The notes: generated by a model from the letters alone, not told the origin. Shown: positions 27,904 to 41,043, counted from the first letter of the stretch. The stretch is DNA of 45,523 nucleotides from Neolecta irregularis DAH-3 (GCA_001929475.1 LXFE01001251.1:1-45523); one strand, 5' to 3'. Program-made: numbers and translations.

Positions 27904-28453
27904 TATGAGATAGAGGCGTTAAAGGTTGAGAGTTCCATCATGTGCAGTGTTATGTTTGTAGTAAGGAGTCCACTCGAGGCTGTGCTGTCCAATGCTCCTT
28001 CATATTTGGCGGGTCTGAAAACAGACTTCCTTGGTCCCCATAATCTCCCCTCACATCGCTCTCGGGCTATAGCTAGGACTAAGTGTACGGTGGTTAGATA
28101 TGTATTTTAATTAATATTAGAAAGATCTTCTCGATAGTGTTGAACGAGAGATGACTATGATTTGTCTTTTCGGATAGGCAGGTAAGGATCTGAGCTGTAT
28201 TATGTTTTCGAAGGTCATTGTACTGCCTTAAAACTATTCGATGTTACCCTATCTTCAAATCTATTAAAGCTATTGAGACTCCTAGAATAATAATATATCT
28301 TTCGAAATCTTACTAAGAGAGTACTAAGCAAATAGAGGTCACTCGACACTGAACTCGAGATGGTAGTAAGATAGAAGGGTATATAAATGGGTATGATAGA
28401 ATGCCTAGATTTCTTGTACTACCGACTAAAATAATTTACAGTGTTGGCCGTAT

Positions 28454-28696
28454 TTAAAAGAACAGTCTAAATACTTCCAGAATTATTCCCCCAGCCAGCA
28501 AAAACAACAGAATACCTAATTATCAGACCTAAGGCACAATTTCCATCTACATACCAATCCAGAATGGAGAAATGGAAGGCTTTGTTTTCTCGGATTTTGG
28601 GACGACATTAGCGCCCCGTTTCGCGGCTTCACGTTTCGCGTAGATGTTGTTCGCCCTGCGCTGTTTGGGTAATTGTGCTTGGACAGTGGCAGGCAT
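28454..28696 (-). CDS. YSY6: RAMP4/SERP1-like tail-anchored ER translocon-associated protein (2 exons)
   Basis: MPATVQAQLPKQRRANNIYAKREAAKRG..KPSISPFWI / intron / GILLFLLAGGIILEVFRLFF-stop. Confidence 0.85.
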
Positions 28697-28814
28697 GATC
28701 CAGAGATGAAGAGATGAAGGGGCTCGGTTAGGAGGGGGCGTTGGGAGGACGGGCGCGTAGATCCCAACCCGGCCCAAACCGGAAAGGCGGACCCCTATTC
28801 AATCTCAATCGTCT

Positions 28815-29190
28815 ATGCTGCGACACTTCTTTCCTGGCAGGGGAATGAGAAGACTGCCGCTGCTGAAGCCATATCTCAGTGTTCAAATACGCTATGATTC
28901 TACAGTACCCGCCGGAGAAAACCGTCATGTAAGGAGTTCCAGCCTATGCACCGGCACTGACTAGAGACCGGCTTCTATGCTCAGTACGGTTATGCAACCG
29001 GCAAAGTTCTCCTGATATCTATGATTACCTACGCAAGTCTCGAATATGCTTGGTACTACTTGGAGCTAGAAGAGCTGAAAAGAGAAAAGACAGGTATGGG
29101 TTTTCGACATTAAACAATCTGAGCCTAGGAGTGGAAATTGCAGAGCTGGAGAGGGCCGTCGCTAGATTCACAACAGCCGCCAACAGCTAA
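28815..29190 (+). CDS. Small mitochondrial inner-membrane protein, INA17-like (3 exons; absent from the ORF track)
   Basis: MLRHFFPGRGMRRLPLLKPYLSVQIRYDSTVPAGENRH / TGFYAQYGYATGKVLLISMITYASLEYAWYYLELEELKREKT / GVEIAELERAVARFTTAANS-stop. Presequence, one TM segment, coiled coil; donors GTAAGG and GTATGG. Family assignment is from memory. Confidence 0.72.
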
Positions 29191-29399
29191 TCAATATACT
29201 CTGTCTCTTCAGATGGTAGCATCATAATTTAGAGATTTTGGGAAAAGCAACTCGAATCTTACACGGTGTGCATGAGTTGTCAAAGAGGAGTCACCATGAG
29301 ATAGCAGAATGATGTAGTTAAGTGAGAAAAGCGCGAGATCTTTTCATTGAGGTTTTGATTGGATTAAATAGATTTTTGATTCGAGTGTTACCTATATAA

Positions 29400-29734
29400 G
29401 GGTGCGTTTGGTGCGCGCCAAATTTCATAGAATGTGGCTTTTAAAAATTTCAAATTTTTGGGCGCGCGTTTGGTGCGCTCCACATTTTATAAAATTTGTC
29501 CCCGCAGGTTTGGGGCAACGCCACAATACGCCACATTTAAGGAGGATCCTCACCAAACGCGCGCTTAAAATTCAAATTTTTTATAAAATGTGGTGCGCAC
29601 CAAACGCGCGCTGATAATATGAATTTTTTAAAAAGCCACGTTTATAAAATGTGGAGCGCACCAAACGCACGCCTGAATTCGAATTTTAATAAAAAACCAC
29701 ATTTCATGAAATTTGGTACGCACCAAACGCACCC
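29400..29734. mobile_element. MITE with PIF/Harbinger (Tourist)-like terminal inverted repeats
   Basis: 335 bp, non-coding. Starts GGGTGCGTTTGGTGCG and ends CGCACCAAACGCACCC, with about 90 bp imperfect TIRs. The GCGTTTGGTG core occurs twice on the left and four times inverted on the right. Left flank TAA, right flank TTG, so no clean TSD. Confidence 0.8.
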
Positions 29735-29835
29735 TTGGCAATCGATCTTCAATTACCCAAACCCAACTTATATCACTTATCCCTCTTATGGGTATTGTGC
29801 GCCGTTAGTCCTAATTTCGTCACACATGCAGCAAA

Positions 29836-32800
29836 ATGCAAGAGTATCATATCGACAGCGGAGACGTCAATATAGTTGATGGCGAGATCTTGCAAAAGCT
29901 TATTAGAAAAAGTCTCAACAATGTACCCAATTTTGATAGCGAACGACCAACAAAGAGGGCAAAACTTCAGGAAATTGGCGCCGATCGCAGTATCAGTATT
30001 CCGATCCTCAAGGGAACATGTCTCTTCGATCTTGGGCCATGCGGTGATCTCCTAGAGCCCTTTAATGACTGCTTCACAAGTTCCAAAGAACAATACCTTT
30101 TGGCTTCTCAACTTCGATTTAAGACCATTAATTCAGAGAAATACGTTCAATTCCTTTACAATGACGAGCCAAGTAACCATTGCACTGCCATAGCCGCAAT
30201 TCAAGTTAAGATTAGCGACTCTACCCACAGTAGATTCCTGCATTCGATGTGTTTCCGTTACAGCACATCCAAAAGAGCTTTCCAGGATCTCGTGAATATG
30301 ACCTCAGAGCCATATTTATATCGTTCCGGTAGTCGATTTTATATCAGATGCATCTTTAATTTTACGATGAATCGGGTCACTGAGTGGACGACCCAAGTGT
30401 TCGCAATGAGTCAGGAGAGGTATAGCGTGCGATTATTAGAGGCCGCATTCCCTGTCCGCAATGCTACGGACGCTATCACCTCGAGGTCTTTTTATGACTG
30501 TCTGGATCGAGAGCTGGATATCTTCAATTTGATTGATCAACCAGTTGAATTGGAAGGAACATTGTTGCCTTTTCAAAGGCGTACTCTCAGCTGGATGTGG
30601 CAACGTGAACATCCCTTGGAGAAATCGAATTCCCTACCTTTGTTGTTTGAGAAAGTGGAGAATCAAGACGGCGAAGAGTTGTATCTCTCGAGGCCATTGG
30701 GATTGGTTCAGAGAGACATTGAATCTGCACAAGCTTTGATGCCAACTATTCGTGGAGGAATACTTGCGGAAGTATGTTAATTTTTCGATCTTCAAGATAT
30801 TGAATCTAAAGGAAATGGGTCTCGGGAAAACGGTTGAAATGATCAGTCTAATCCTGAAACATAAATTCCAACTTTCCGATGTCATTTTTGAAGATGATCT
30901 TGAACATATCAAAACAACTTTGATAATCACTCCATCATCTATACTTCAGCAATGGATTGAAGAACTACGTAAATTCGCTCCTCACTTGAAAGTCTATCAG
31001 TATGTCATTCACCCTTCATGTTGTCGTTGACGGACAAGCTATTGTGGTGTAAATCACCCGACAACGATCGATGAGAATTACGGAAAGTACGATGTGGTTT
31101 TAACAACATACCAAGTTCTCAGGTGGGATGATCTCTATTCTCTACTGAGTCCCCTCTAGTTGTGAATTTTATCACGCAGGAGTAAATCCACCCAGAAGTC
31201 TACGATATGACAAACAGTACATTCATAAGGTTTCTCCTCTCGTTCAATATGTTTGGTGGAGGATATGCCTTGATGAAGCGCAGATGATTGATTCTGGAGT
31301 CAGTAAGGCAGCAGGTTCTTTCTGACCCGGTTACATTTGCTTACCTCTTAGCTGTCGCAGCTCAATTACGCAGAATTAATGCTTGGGCGGTCACTGGAAC
31401 ACCTATTAAGAACGGTCTCGTGGATCTGTATGGCCTTTTGATTTTCCTTCGTTTCACACCGTTGTCTCAAGCACCATTCCAGTGGTTCCGATTAATCCAA
31501 TTGCCTTCTTGTCAATCCCTTTTTAAACCCCTTTTTCGTGAACTAACCTGTCGACATACACTGAATTCTGTAAAAAGCGAAATGCTTCTCCCGCCATATA
31601 CTCGAGTTCTCTTTCAGCTAGACTTGACCGTGGCAGAAGATGAATACTATCGTCACCTCTTTCGACAAATGCTTGATTTCATAGGACTCACAGAACAACT
31701 GACTCCAATTTACTCGGATTGGTCGCTCCAGCAAGAGACTGAAAAAATGAGGAAGTGGTTAGTTCGATTGAGACAAATATGCGTCCATCCAAGAGTTGGT
31801 CAAGCCAATCGAACTTTGATGAAGGAGGCAAGACCATTACAAACCGTCGAGGCCGTCGTTGATACAATGATCGAACAATGTCTCACAGCTTTGTGGAGAA
31901 ATCAACGCCATTTCCTATCAAACAAGATTAAGAGGGGACAGTTATATGAGCAAGTGGGAGATAAGGAGAGCGCATTACACACATGGAATGATGTATCGGA
32001 GCTTGTCAAAGTCATCATTGAACCACTACGCCGAGAGGGCAGGGATATGCTTGAGGAGAAGAGCTGGCTTGTTGACATGAATGATGTCGAAAAGAGCGAA
32101 GATAAAACAGTTCATGAAACAGAAAAGCTTGAACGCTTCAAGAAAGCTGAGACACTCCAAACGAAAATAACTGCCCTTAATAAAAGGCTTCGCATCTGGC
32201 TGGAATTCGAACATAGAGTATTTTCGTTGTTGTTCCCTAGTTGACCGTTAAGGCATTATTCTTCATTGCTAGTGTTCATTTTGCGCAAGGAAATACGGAA
32301 CAAGAGAACATATTTTATGAGAAAGCAGAGATTGTACGGCATGAGGTATTTCAGTCCTTCGATGCAATATTGACCAATGAGATTCTTAAAGAATCTGAAG
32401 CCAATGCAATGCGACTTATGAAAGAACTCCGAATTCGCGCTGAAAAAAAAGACTTTGTTATCATACCTGAAATATCGGACGTGACCTCTACTGGAAGTGG
32501 TGTTTTCGAGCGCATCCAGTTAGTTGGCAGAATTCTCAATGAACAAGCACTTCAACTCGATAAGTGGCGTCAGATAATAATTGATTTCCTCACAAGCAAG
32601 ATTGTGGATAACGACACTACACCAGATGGCGAGGAATATACAGAAGGTCTTGACGCACAAGGGGAGTGTACGTCCTATCTTGAGGCATTTCGCAGATCCC
32701 TCATGGACCGAACATTTTTGATTCTGAATACGCAAAGTTCGCTTCAAGAATATGAACATTACCATCGCCACATGGAGGTAGTTACTGAGCTTGATAATGA

Positions 32801-34402
32801 GCTCAGAAAAGTACGGAAGTCATTTCTGGATATTCCTCCAGCTACAAAAATTGTTGATCAAGAACCGGTTGATACGCTAAAGAATTTGGATGATACTTTG
32901 AAAGATTTGTTTGAAGCAGATCTAAAAGCTGAAGAGCTTGAGATGATTTGGAAGGAACGAGCTCGATTGGACGACGTAAAAAAAAGGCAGACCAAAGCCT
33001 GTAGAAGCCTAGAGAAGTAGGGGAGATAACTTTCAGTTCTTATCTAACATTGGAAGGGAGTACGAAACAATGAGGTCTCTACTAAATTCGAGAATCGAAT
33101 ATTTTCGTCAACTGCAGCAGATAAGCGACTCTGTTGTTCAGTATACTGTTGAAGAACCAGACATGGAAATTAATCGGTTGCTTGATGAAGAAGCCATTGA
33201 ACTTGCCAAAATCGAGCAGGCTGAATCTCGCTATCGATATTTGGTCAATTTGAAGGCTGAGGAAACTAGTGATCAGTTCCTGCTACAAAAGCCTACTACG
33301 TGTATTATTTGCACGGACACATTCGATGTCGGAGCAATTACAATCTGCGGTCACATCTTTTGCGACGACTGTCTGAAACGATGGTATAAAAGTCATCGCC
33401 GATGCCCATCATGCAAGGTATTTTTGACTGTTCTCGCGATGATGGGCTAACTTCTTGGACTGTCATCGATAGCAACGACTTCCGGATGATTGGGTTCCAA
33501 AAAAAGGGCAATTATTTGTCACTTGATGCAATCAACCCTGCATCGCAAACGATTTCCTCCTATGGTTTTTACATGAATGCGAACCAAGAGCTGGTGCAGG
33601 AGGTTCGAAAGATTGATCTCAAAGGTTCTTTCGGCACAAAGATTGATTTTATAACACGCCATTTAATGGTCCGTCGTATTGTAATTTGCCTGGATAACAT
33701 GATTAGTATCTACAGCAGAAAAAACCAGAGGAAAAGTCGGTGGTATTCTCCCAGTGGGTGGATGTTTTAGAAATCCTACAAACAGCGCTGAGTACAAACG
33801 GTGTGAAATGTATTCGGTTTGATAACAAAACTGTGAAACGACGGAGCACCTATGATCCGGCATCTAAATTCAAGGCAGATCCCGAGGTACTACGCTATGA
33901 GAAGAATTGCACTAAGTTCAGATCCGAGTGTTCATGTTACATTCTAGAACACAATCGTATTATTACCTGAAAATCCATTTTTAATTTCTTTTAGGTCTGG
34001 CTTGACCTTGGTCAATGCTAGGAATGTGTTTTTATGTGAACCTTTGTTACAATCTTCAATCGAAGCGCAAGCTATTTCACGAGTTCATCGCATGGGTCAA
34101 AAACATAAAGTATATGTTAATAATATAGCAGTCACGCTAATAAGTAGATAAATGTATTCCTGTACACGATCAGAGGGACTGTCGAAGAACGAATACATGA
34201 ACGAGCAATGCATAAACGTGCAGAGCACGAACAAATCAATCAGAACCATGCAAGAATGCCTTCTGGGGCTGACGGAGTTGATGAGACCACAGAAATGCAG
34301 CAGAATGTTGCGAGTCTTGTCAGTACACTGAAATATGGAGGAGGGGAAATTGTCGAGGATAAAGACTTACCAATATGTCTTTTTGGGAAATGCTTGGAAT
34401 AG
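29836..34402 (+). CDS. SNF2-family helicase with C3HC4 RING finger (SHPRH/Irc20-like E3 ligase)
   Basis: [107 protein letters not shown]. Confidence 0.92.
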
Positions 34403-34485
34403 GGTTGATAGTAGACGTAAATTACAGGATAATCTGCACATAAATTTTGCGTGTTGATTGTCATGATCGACCGACGTTGTGTCTG

Positions 34486-34491
34486 ACGCGT
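34486..34491. promoter_or_regulatory. MCB element (ACGCGT) upstream of CDC6
   Basis: Exact ACGCGT 100 bp before the inferred ATG, with a second CGCG nearby. CDC6/cdc18 are established MBF targets in yeasts. Confidence 0.55.
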
Positions 34492-34585
34492 GGAGTTCGC
34501 GGATGTTTAGCGCAACGTCTGAACGAGCCTCCAACGACGTTCTCTCTCCTCCTAAAACTTCCTCCTTTACTTTGGACTCAGTCCA

Positions 34586-36266
34586 ATGGTCTCTATACTC
34601 GGGAAGAGGGACAGATGCGTTTCACCCACCCGTACGATGCTTCGCAGAATACTCTTACCATATAGCAACTTCGAGGTCTGAACGCGCAAAACGTCGAGCG
34701 TTAGAGAGGGATGAGAACAGTCCTCCTGTCATATCGAAGACGCTACTGACAAAAACTCTCTTATCGCCCTCCAAGATCACTTCGGCCTTCAGGGCCACCA
34801 AAATCACGAGTCCACTGGCATCGAAATGCGCATATCTCCCAGTTGTCCCTTTGACTCCTCGACGTTCAAAGCTTCAATTCTCTGGTTCCGGAACACCAAA
34901 GACGCCTTCCATGCCATCTACACCAACCATTTATACTGCAGTCAAATCAGTTCTTCGAAAGGGCGCTTTGCCTAATCAGATCGTTGGCAGAAACAACGAA
35001 AGAGACATTCTGAAGCAATTCATCTCTTCACGGATTTCTTCAAAGAAAGGAGGATGTCTATATATCAGTGGACCGCCTGGAACGGGAAAATCTGCAACAG
35101 TGACTGACGTATTAAAAGCATACTCAGCAAATAAGTCACTTACAGTGCTCAACTTGAACTGCATGGCTGTAAAGGAGGCTCGGCATATCTACACCAGTTT
35201 GCTGGAAAGGATGGACATAGATGCTGATACAGAGTCGTCAGCTGTTATCAATGAGCTTCAAAAGGCATTTGTTGGCAAAAAAGGTTCTTTATGGTATGTC
35301 TATTAAATTGTCGTTGCTCATTCCATGCAGCATCCTCGTTCTGGATGAGATGGACCATCTAATTACAAAAGGGCAAGACATACTTTACCAATTGTTCGAG
35401 TGGTCATTATCAAAGGCTTCCAGATTGGTATTAATCGGTATTGCCAATGCCCTGGACCTTACTGAACGGTTTTTACCCCGCCTTAGGGCAAAGAACGGTA
35501 AAATGTTATTCTTATGTACGAATACTTATTTCCAGCGGAGCCCCAACTACTCGCCTTTAAACCCTATAAGCCAGAGGAGATTTCTGCTATCATTACAGCT
35601 CGTTTGCAGTCTTTCCTTCCTGATTCTGGGACCAAAAGTTTTATCCCTTTTATGGATCCTAAAGCTATCGAACTTTGCTCTCGAAAAGTTGCGGCCTCCA
35701 CCGGAGACGTCCGCAAGGCTCTTGATCTATGTCGTCGATCAATTGAACTTGTCGAAGCAGAGTCCAATAATCCTGGGACGCCAACTAATCGCTCACCTCT
35801 AAGAGAGGCAATCATGAACAACCAAGAAGCCGTAATTGAAACTTCCAAGAGAGTCTCGATAAGCCACATTGCAAAAGTCTCGTCTGCGGCCTTTGGAACA
35901 TCCTCAGCAGCTCGAGTGAGGAATCTCAACCTTCACCAGAAGGCAGTCTTATGCTCATTGGTTGTCAAAAGCAAGAAACCAGCATCAACCGGCTTCTTGA
36001 CCGTTGGGAGATTATTCGAACATTACGTCGCCTTATGCAAAAGAGATAAAATGATTAAACCTCTCTCTGCAACAGAATATCGGGATGTCGTATCGACTTT
36101 GGAATCTTGTAATGCTGTTAATGTTGCACATGGGGCGTCTACCCCCTCCAGAAAAGGAGGTGAGGATATTTTGAAGAAAACCATCGGTCTTGGTGTTACA
36201 GAAATGGATGTTTTGAACGGTATCGGGGATATTGGTATTTTGAAGCGTTTTTTTGATGACAAATGA
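34586..36266 (+). CDS. CDC6: Replication initiator Cdc6/Cdc18 (AAA+ ATPase)
   Basis: Inferred start MVSILGKRDR plus a short intron; many SP/TP CDK sites; IVGRNNE, LYISGPPGTGKS, LNCM, LVLDEMDHL, IGIANALDLTERFLPRL, GDVRKALDLCRRSIE. Confidence 0.95.
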
Positions 36267-36740
36267 TGGCTTTTCCGGTATTGCATTTTGGTGTTGCCGA
36301 AGAAACCTTGTAATTCTCATTCTCGGCCTGTCGGAGACTTGCTCAGAATGAGTCGAAGAATTACATGAATAGCAGGCTTAGATAAAGTCAAAATGGTTAG
36401 GTGATATCGATAATGACACAAACAGTGACCACGAGGAGGATGGAGATCATTTCATCTTAGGAATGGCTCATTTGTTTAAGCACTCGTAGAGATCGGTTTA
36501 TAAATGCAATGCAATACAAAGAGATAGTTCATATTCAATTCATGCCCTTTTTGGGGATATAAGCTTATTTGGCCTGAATAAGTTAGTATATATAATTTCC
36601 TGTTGATCCGAGATAGTTTGCAATGAGTGACTAAATCTCTAAAAGCCCCCGTTATACCCTTTAATGTAACATTTCTCATGTACATCCGTGATCTGAATGA
36701 TCTGTTGCACAACTGCAGATGTAGTTGTCACAAATTTCAA

Positions 36741-38814
36741 TCATGGAGAGCCCTGAAGCCAATCCCATCCAAAAACCGGCTCGAACCCAGCAAAAGGGTC
36801 TAATTGTCCTAGTACATCGGTGCTTAATAAACGATCCACCCGTATTCTCTCTATGACCTCGATAGCAACGGTAGCTTGTTTGTTATCGCGAAATTCCGGT
36901 AATCGACGGAGAACTTCATGTGTTTGATCTACGAGTGCCCAACTCTCCGCATCTTTAGATGCTTTTGCAACAAGGTCAGTCGCGACGACAAGTGTGGAGA
37001 TCAGCGGTACAGTCATCATCCAAATTTGACCCATCCATCGGAACCATTCAAGCTGTCTTTCGTTCTGGTCAAAGACACATAACATTCTCATAGCCCTTTG
37101 AGCTATATCGCGACAGAGGATTTGGGAAGCCTCGAAACCAGAGCGTCGGATATACGGTAGATGGAGACAGAGGCAAAGCCGAGTGAAGGCTCCTTCAAGA
37201 ACGATTTGTCTCCACATTTTGTAGGGATCTTTCTCTGACCCATCCAACCGAAGCCATGTTGGTCGTTCCGTGTCCCATTTTTGTAGTTCTGCGTCCAATT
37301 CCAGGATTCGGGAATAAGAGACTTTCTTGCGAGAGAAAAGGGCTTTGTAAAGATAGGGGTCCAAAAGAAGGAGCTTTCCGAGTGTAACACAAAATTCCAG
37401 CCACTCACGATTTTCGCCGTCATATTCAATGTTATACGTTGGGAGAGGACAGTCCATATCATCGTGATTAATGTGAAGAGGCTGACCAGAATGCCAAGCA
37501 CCGATGGAATCATACGAAAAAATGACTTGCCATAGACGTTTACGATATTCCGCTTCGTAACCAGTAAATCCGAGAATCTCCGGATTCCGATGTAATCTTT
37601 TAGTCAGAACAAAAACCTGGACAAGATCGTACCCTAGACTCTGGGCCATCGTGATTAAAAGTCCAATACTGGAGACAACCATGGCTATAAAGTTTAAAAA
37701 AATATTGATTCAGGAAGAGGTACAGGGTGTAATGATATCTGCATTTTTTTGGTTCAAGACCAATGTTCTCACAACGTCCAAGTCATAATTATCCATGAAT
37801 CTTCCGTAGTGTAGACAGTCCGCAATTGCCTGCTGAACCTCTAGTCGATAGCTGAGACGATCATATCCTAATGAAGCATGCAAGGCAACAATATCCGGAT
37901 GGTCCTCCCGGGGATAGGCTCGTAGAGATACCGATATTACGGCCAATAGCAAAGCGATCCAGAAAGGACTGGCTTCGAGTGTCTCCCAAAATTGATTGTA
38001 TTCTGCCAAGAAGGTTTGGTGAAGCTCAAACCTAGCCCATTCGTTGACAGCGTAGTACCGATACACGAGGATATCCGTGATTGTTCTCGGAGGTAAGAAT
38101 TTAACGATGATATTTCGAATGACGTCACTGTGAATATCCATTCGTTTTGATTCACCCTTAAGACTCCACACTGGAACAGACAGTATCTCCAGTTCTGGGG
38201 AACTCTGAACTGGTGAGAATAACCTCAATATGGGATCAGATAGATTACCTCGCATAGCCTAGAAGACATATTTCCATGATAACGTTGAGCTCCGCTTTCG
38301 AGTACGGTAAGGCGACCAAAACTTTCTTTCACAACGTCTTCGGCTATAGAAACTGAAATTGGTGGCGAGTCGGGTTGAGCATAATCATACAGACTGTGAT
38401 CCTCCCGCCCGGGACCACTCTGTTCATTTGTTGAGCAAAGAGAAGTCGATGGAATATTAGTTATCTGAGGTGCTCTGGAAGTTGTCGTTCCGTGTTCGAA
38501 CTTTTGAGAAAGCGCGGCGAGTTTCATCTCTGCTTCAGATAATCGCATGAGAAGACTACGATCATCAACAATGATAGTGGACCTGTGAATAAATTAAAAC
38601 TCAAGACTATGCGAAAGACAATACTCGTCATCAAAGGTACAATCGACTCTTCGAGCTTGACATGTATTACAAGGAAACCTTCTATCACATCTAAAACCAT
38701 AAGCATGGCCCTAGAAATGAAAAGCTGTAATAAATACCTCACTCTTCGGGCACGGCATGGCTTGCATGCCAAAGGGACTCTGTTGCGTCTCTTGACCGGT
38801 GAGGACATCTTCAT
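36741..38814 (-). CDS. Zn(II)2Cys6 transcription factor with a fungal-specific TF middle domain
   Basis: After splicing: RNRVPLACKPCRARRVRCDRRFPCNTCQARRVDC (CX2CX6CX5CX2CX6C). Later AQSLG..LHRNP..EYRKRLWQVIFSYD..GQP, and LHLPY. Confidence 0.9.
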
Positions 38815-40659
38815 CTATTAACTGTTAGATTGTAAAATCGGGAAGTGAAGTACATATAAATACTCTGCGCGGAGACGAAAATGGTCTTGCAATTGCCGAG
38901 GATCTAGGACGAGCAAGAGAAGCCTGTTATGCAGGGATCGGGGAAGCGAGCGCCGCTAAGTCAGCCTCACAAAAGATCTTCTCGGCATCAGTGTACTGTG
39001 TGACTAGGCAAAAGTACACCGGGCACTTCCCGCACTTTGGCCTTTGACGAAATGACTAACATCTGCTTTGTTCAGGTTGCCCTAAGAAGTTATCTAATCA
39101 CTAGTGAAAATTCTAGCAATCTTTTCCGCTCGAAAAGCAGATATCGATGATTCTGTCGAAAATTGAGTTCCAAAAAATTGTCTCCAGAATGACGGAATTT
39201 AGCCATTTGAATTCAATCTTGTCTGCTACTTTGATTGCGGCATGAGTGTTGCACGAATTCCCATGCATCACTAGAGAGTCTGATAGGAAGGAATTCTCTG
39301 TAGAGCCATCTATCAAGTGCGACAGCGCCGTACTCTTGGATTGGTAAAACAGGTGTTAAATGACAGCACCCATAGCCAAGACTTTGATAATTCTTTTTTT
39401 AACTTTGAATATTAGCTAGTAGGAATTGAAAGGAATTATGCGCACCCAGTCATACAATTAAAGCTTGCTATGGAACAACTAAAGTAGTATGGTTGATTTG
39501 TGACATGGCTCCAAAGGGTCGCAGTCCTTCTCGGAGGAAGGTTGTCCCCAAACTCGCAAGGAACTTTCGTTTCATCATTTACCCAATCAGTTCTGAACAC
39601 TTGAAATCAACAAGAACTTTTATAGTACTGAGTCATATATATATATTCTGAAAAGACGCTTGGCCTTTCTGTGACTCTTTTGTGGTCGCGTACGAAAAGC
39701 AGCAGAAACTTCATTGCTGACTCATCCCGAGCTGTCATGTGTGTTTCAAAACGCGCTGCAGAAGGTACGCAATGCTAGCAGATGATCAGCGGCCTGGACT
39801 GCAGGCTAATTGTTTCTAAGAAATTGAGAAATAAGTGGAACCTACCAAGAGAAAGGCTGGTAGCAGACTATATGGTCAATTCCGAGGAAGAAAATTGAGA
39901 TGGTTGCGCAGGGGCACACGATTAGAATAAGGCTGCAGTGGTTGCCAAGAACTGGGAAACTGAATGATTCAAAAGCACAGATGGAGAATGTTTGTAGGGT
40001 AGCAAGCATCCTAGTTCAAAAATTTGGAGTTTTCAATTTTGTAGACTCCTTTGTTTACTCGATTCATTACACTTTCAATGGATGGCATTTCCTAATGTAC
40101 GAGTCTTACGATTGGCTGGGTATCTAGCTGCGGACAAATTTCGACAAGCCCATTAAAGCCACACGAAGCCACCCCTAGGAGGAAGGGCGGTCTCGTTCTT
40201 GGTCACAAGACCCTCCCTTTCTGTGGGACGCGTGCTGAAGAAGCGCTAGGTGGTCTGAAGCATCTTCTTTGGCGATCATGGTGTTTCCGTGGATATCTGA
40301 TTAGAACACTAGCCATCACGACCATATAAAACGAATGTCGACGCAGAGTCACGCGGAAGCAGATGCACCCACCAGATGGCGGTTCTCAAACTACCTACTT
40401 CCAGATCCGGCGCGTCGGGTCATGTGGAGTGTGCATACACAGCACAAAGCGCGTTGCAGCGGCTGTCTATAGCGTGGGTGGGTGCCGCGACGCTCGCAGG
40501 CAACGCGCGTGCGCCAAGCGATGGAGGAGCTGATATCCGCATGCGCCGCTGACGTAGCCCTGCAGCGCCGTGATTGGGGCAGAGTCAATGGCGCCTTGCG
40601 TGGCGCAGGCCCATAAGAAGCCGGCGCCTCCCCCGCACGCAGGAGTTTCCTCCCTCACC

Positions 40660-41043
40660 ATGACCAACCCCATCGACATTCCCACCCCCGCAAAAGCAAC
40701 TCCCATCCTGCCCTCGCCTCCACCGTCGCGCCGCCCGTCGGCGACGCTCTTCGGGTCTGCGTCCTGCCGCGACCGGCGCCTGTCGAACCCGCTGCTGCCC
40801 GACCAGCTGGGCAAGCTCGGCCGCAGGCTCAGCCTGGGCATGGGCGTGGGCCGCCCGCCCAGCCCGCCGCTCAGTCCCGCCAACCAGCGTGAGTTCTTCC
40901 TCTGGCTGCGAGACATTTCCGGCTGATGCGCGCCTCCAGTCCCCGCCTTTGACAAGAAACGCCTCTTTGCCGAAGCAAGCAGCCAGCGCGCGGCCTCGCC
41001 CATGGGCGAGCGCATTCTCCAAGGCCAGTTCTCGTTTGATTGA
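40660..41043 (+). CDS. Small uncharacterised Pro/Ser-rich protein (about 110 aa, 2 exons)
   Basis: ATG 40660; canonical intron 40889-40939 (GTGAGT..GCTGAT..CCAG); three RRxS motifs; ends RAASPMGERILQGQFSFD-stop. Confidence 0.7.

Noticed and set aside
29402-29879. ORFs 29402-29614 and 29619-29879
   Set aside because: Translations of the MITE's internal repeats; no transposase motifs.
40141-40330. Possible structured ncRNA (several short pairings such as GGTCT..AGACC and CCTAG..CTAGG)
   Set aside because: No SRP, RNase P/MRP or snoRNA box motifs that I can identify; pairings are short. Needs an Infernal scan.
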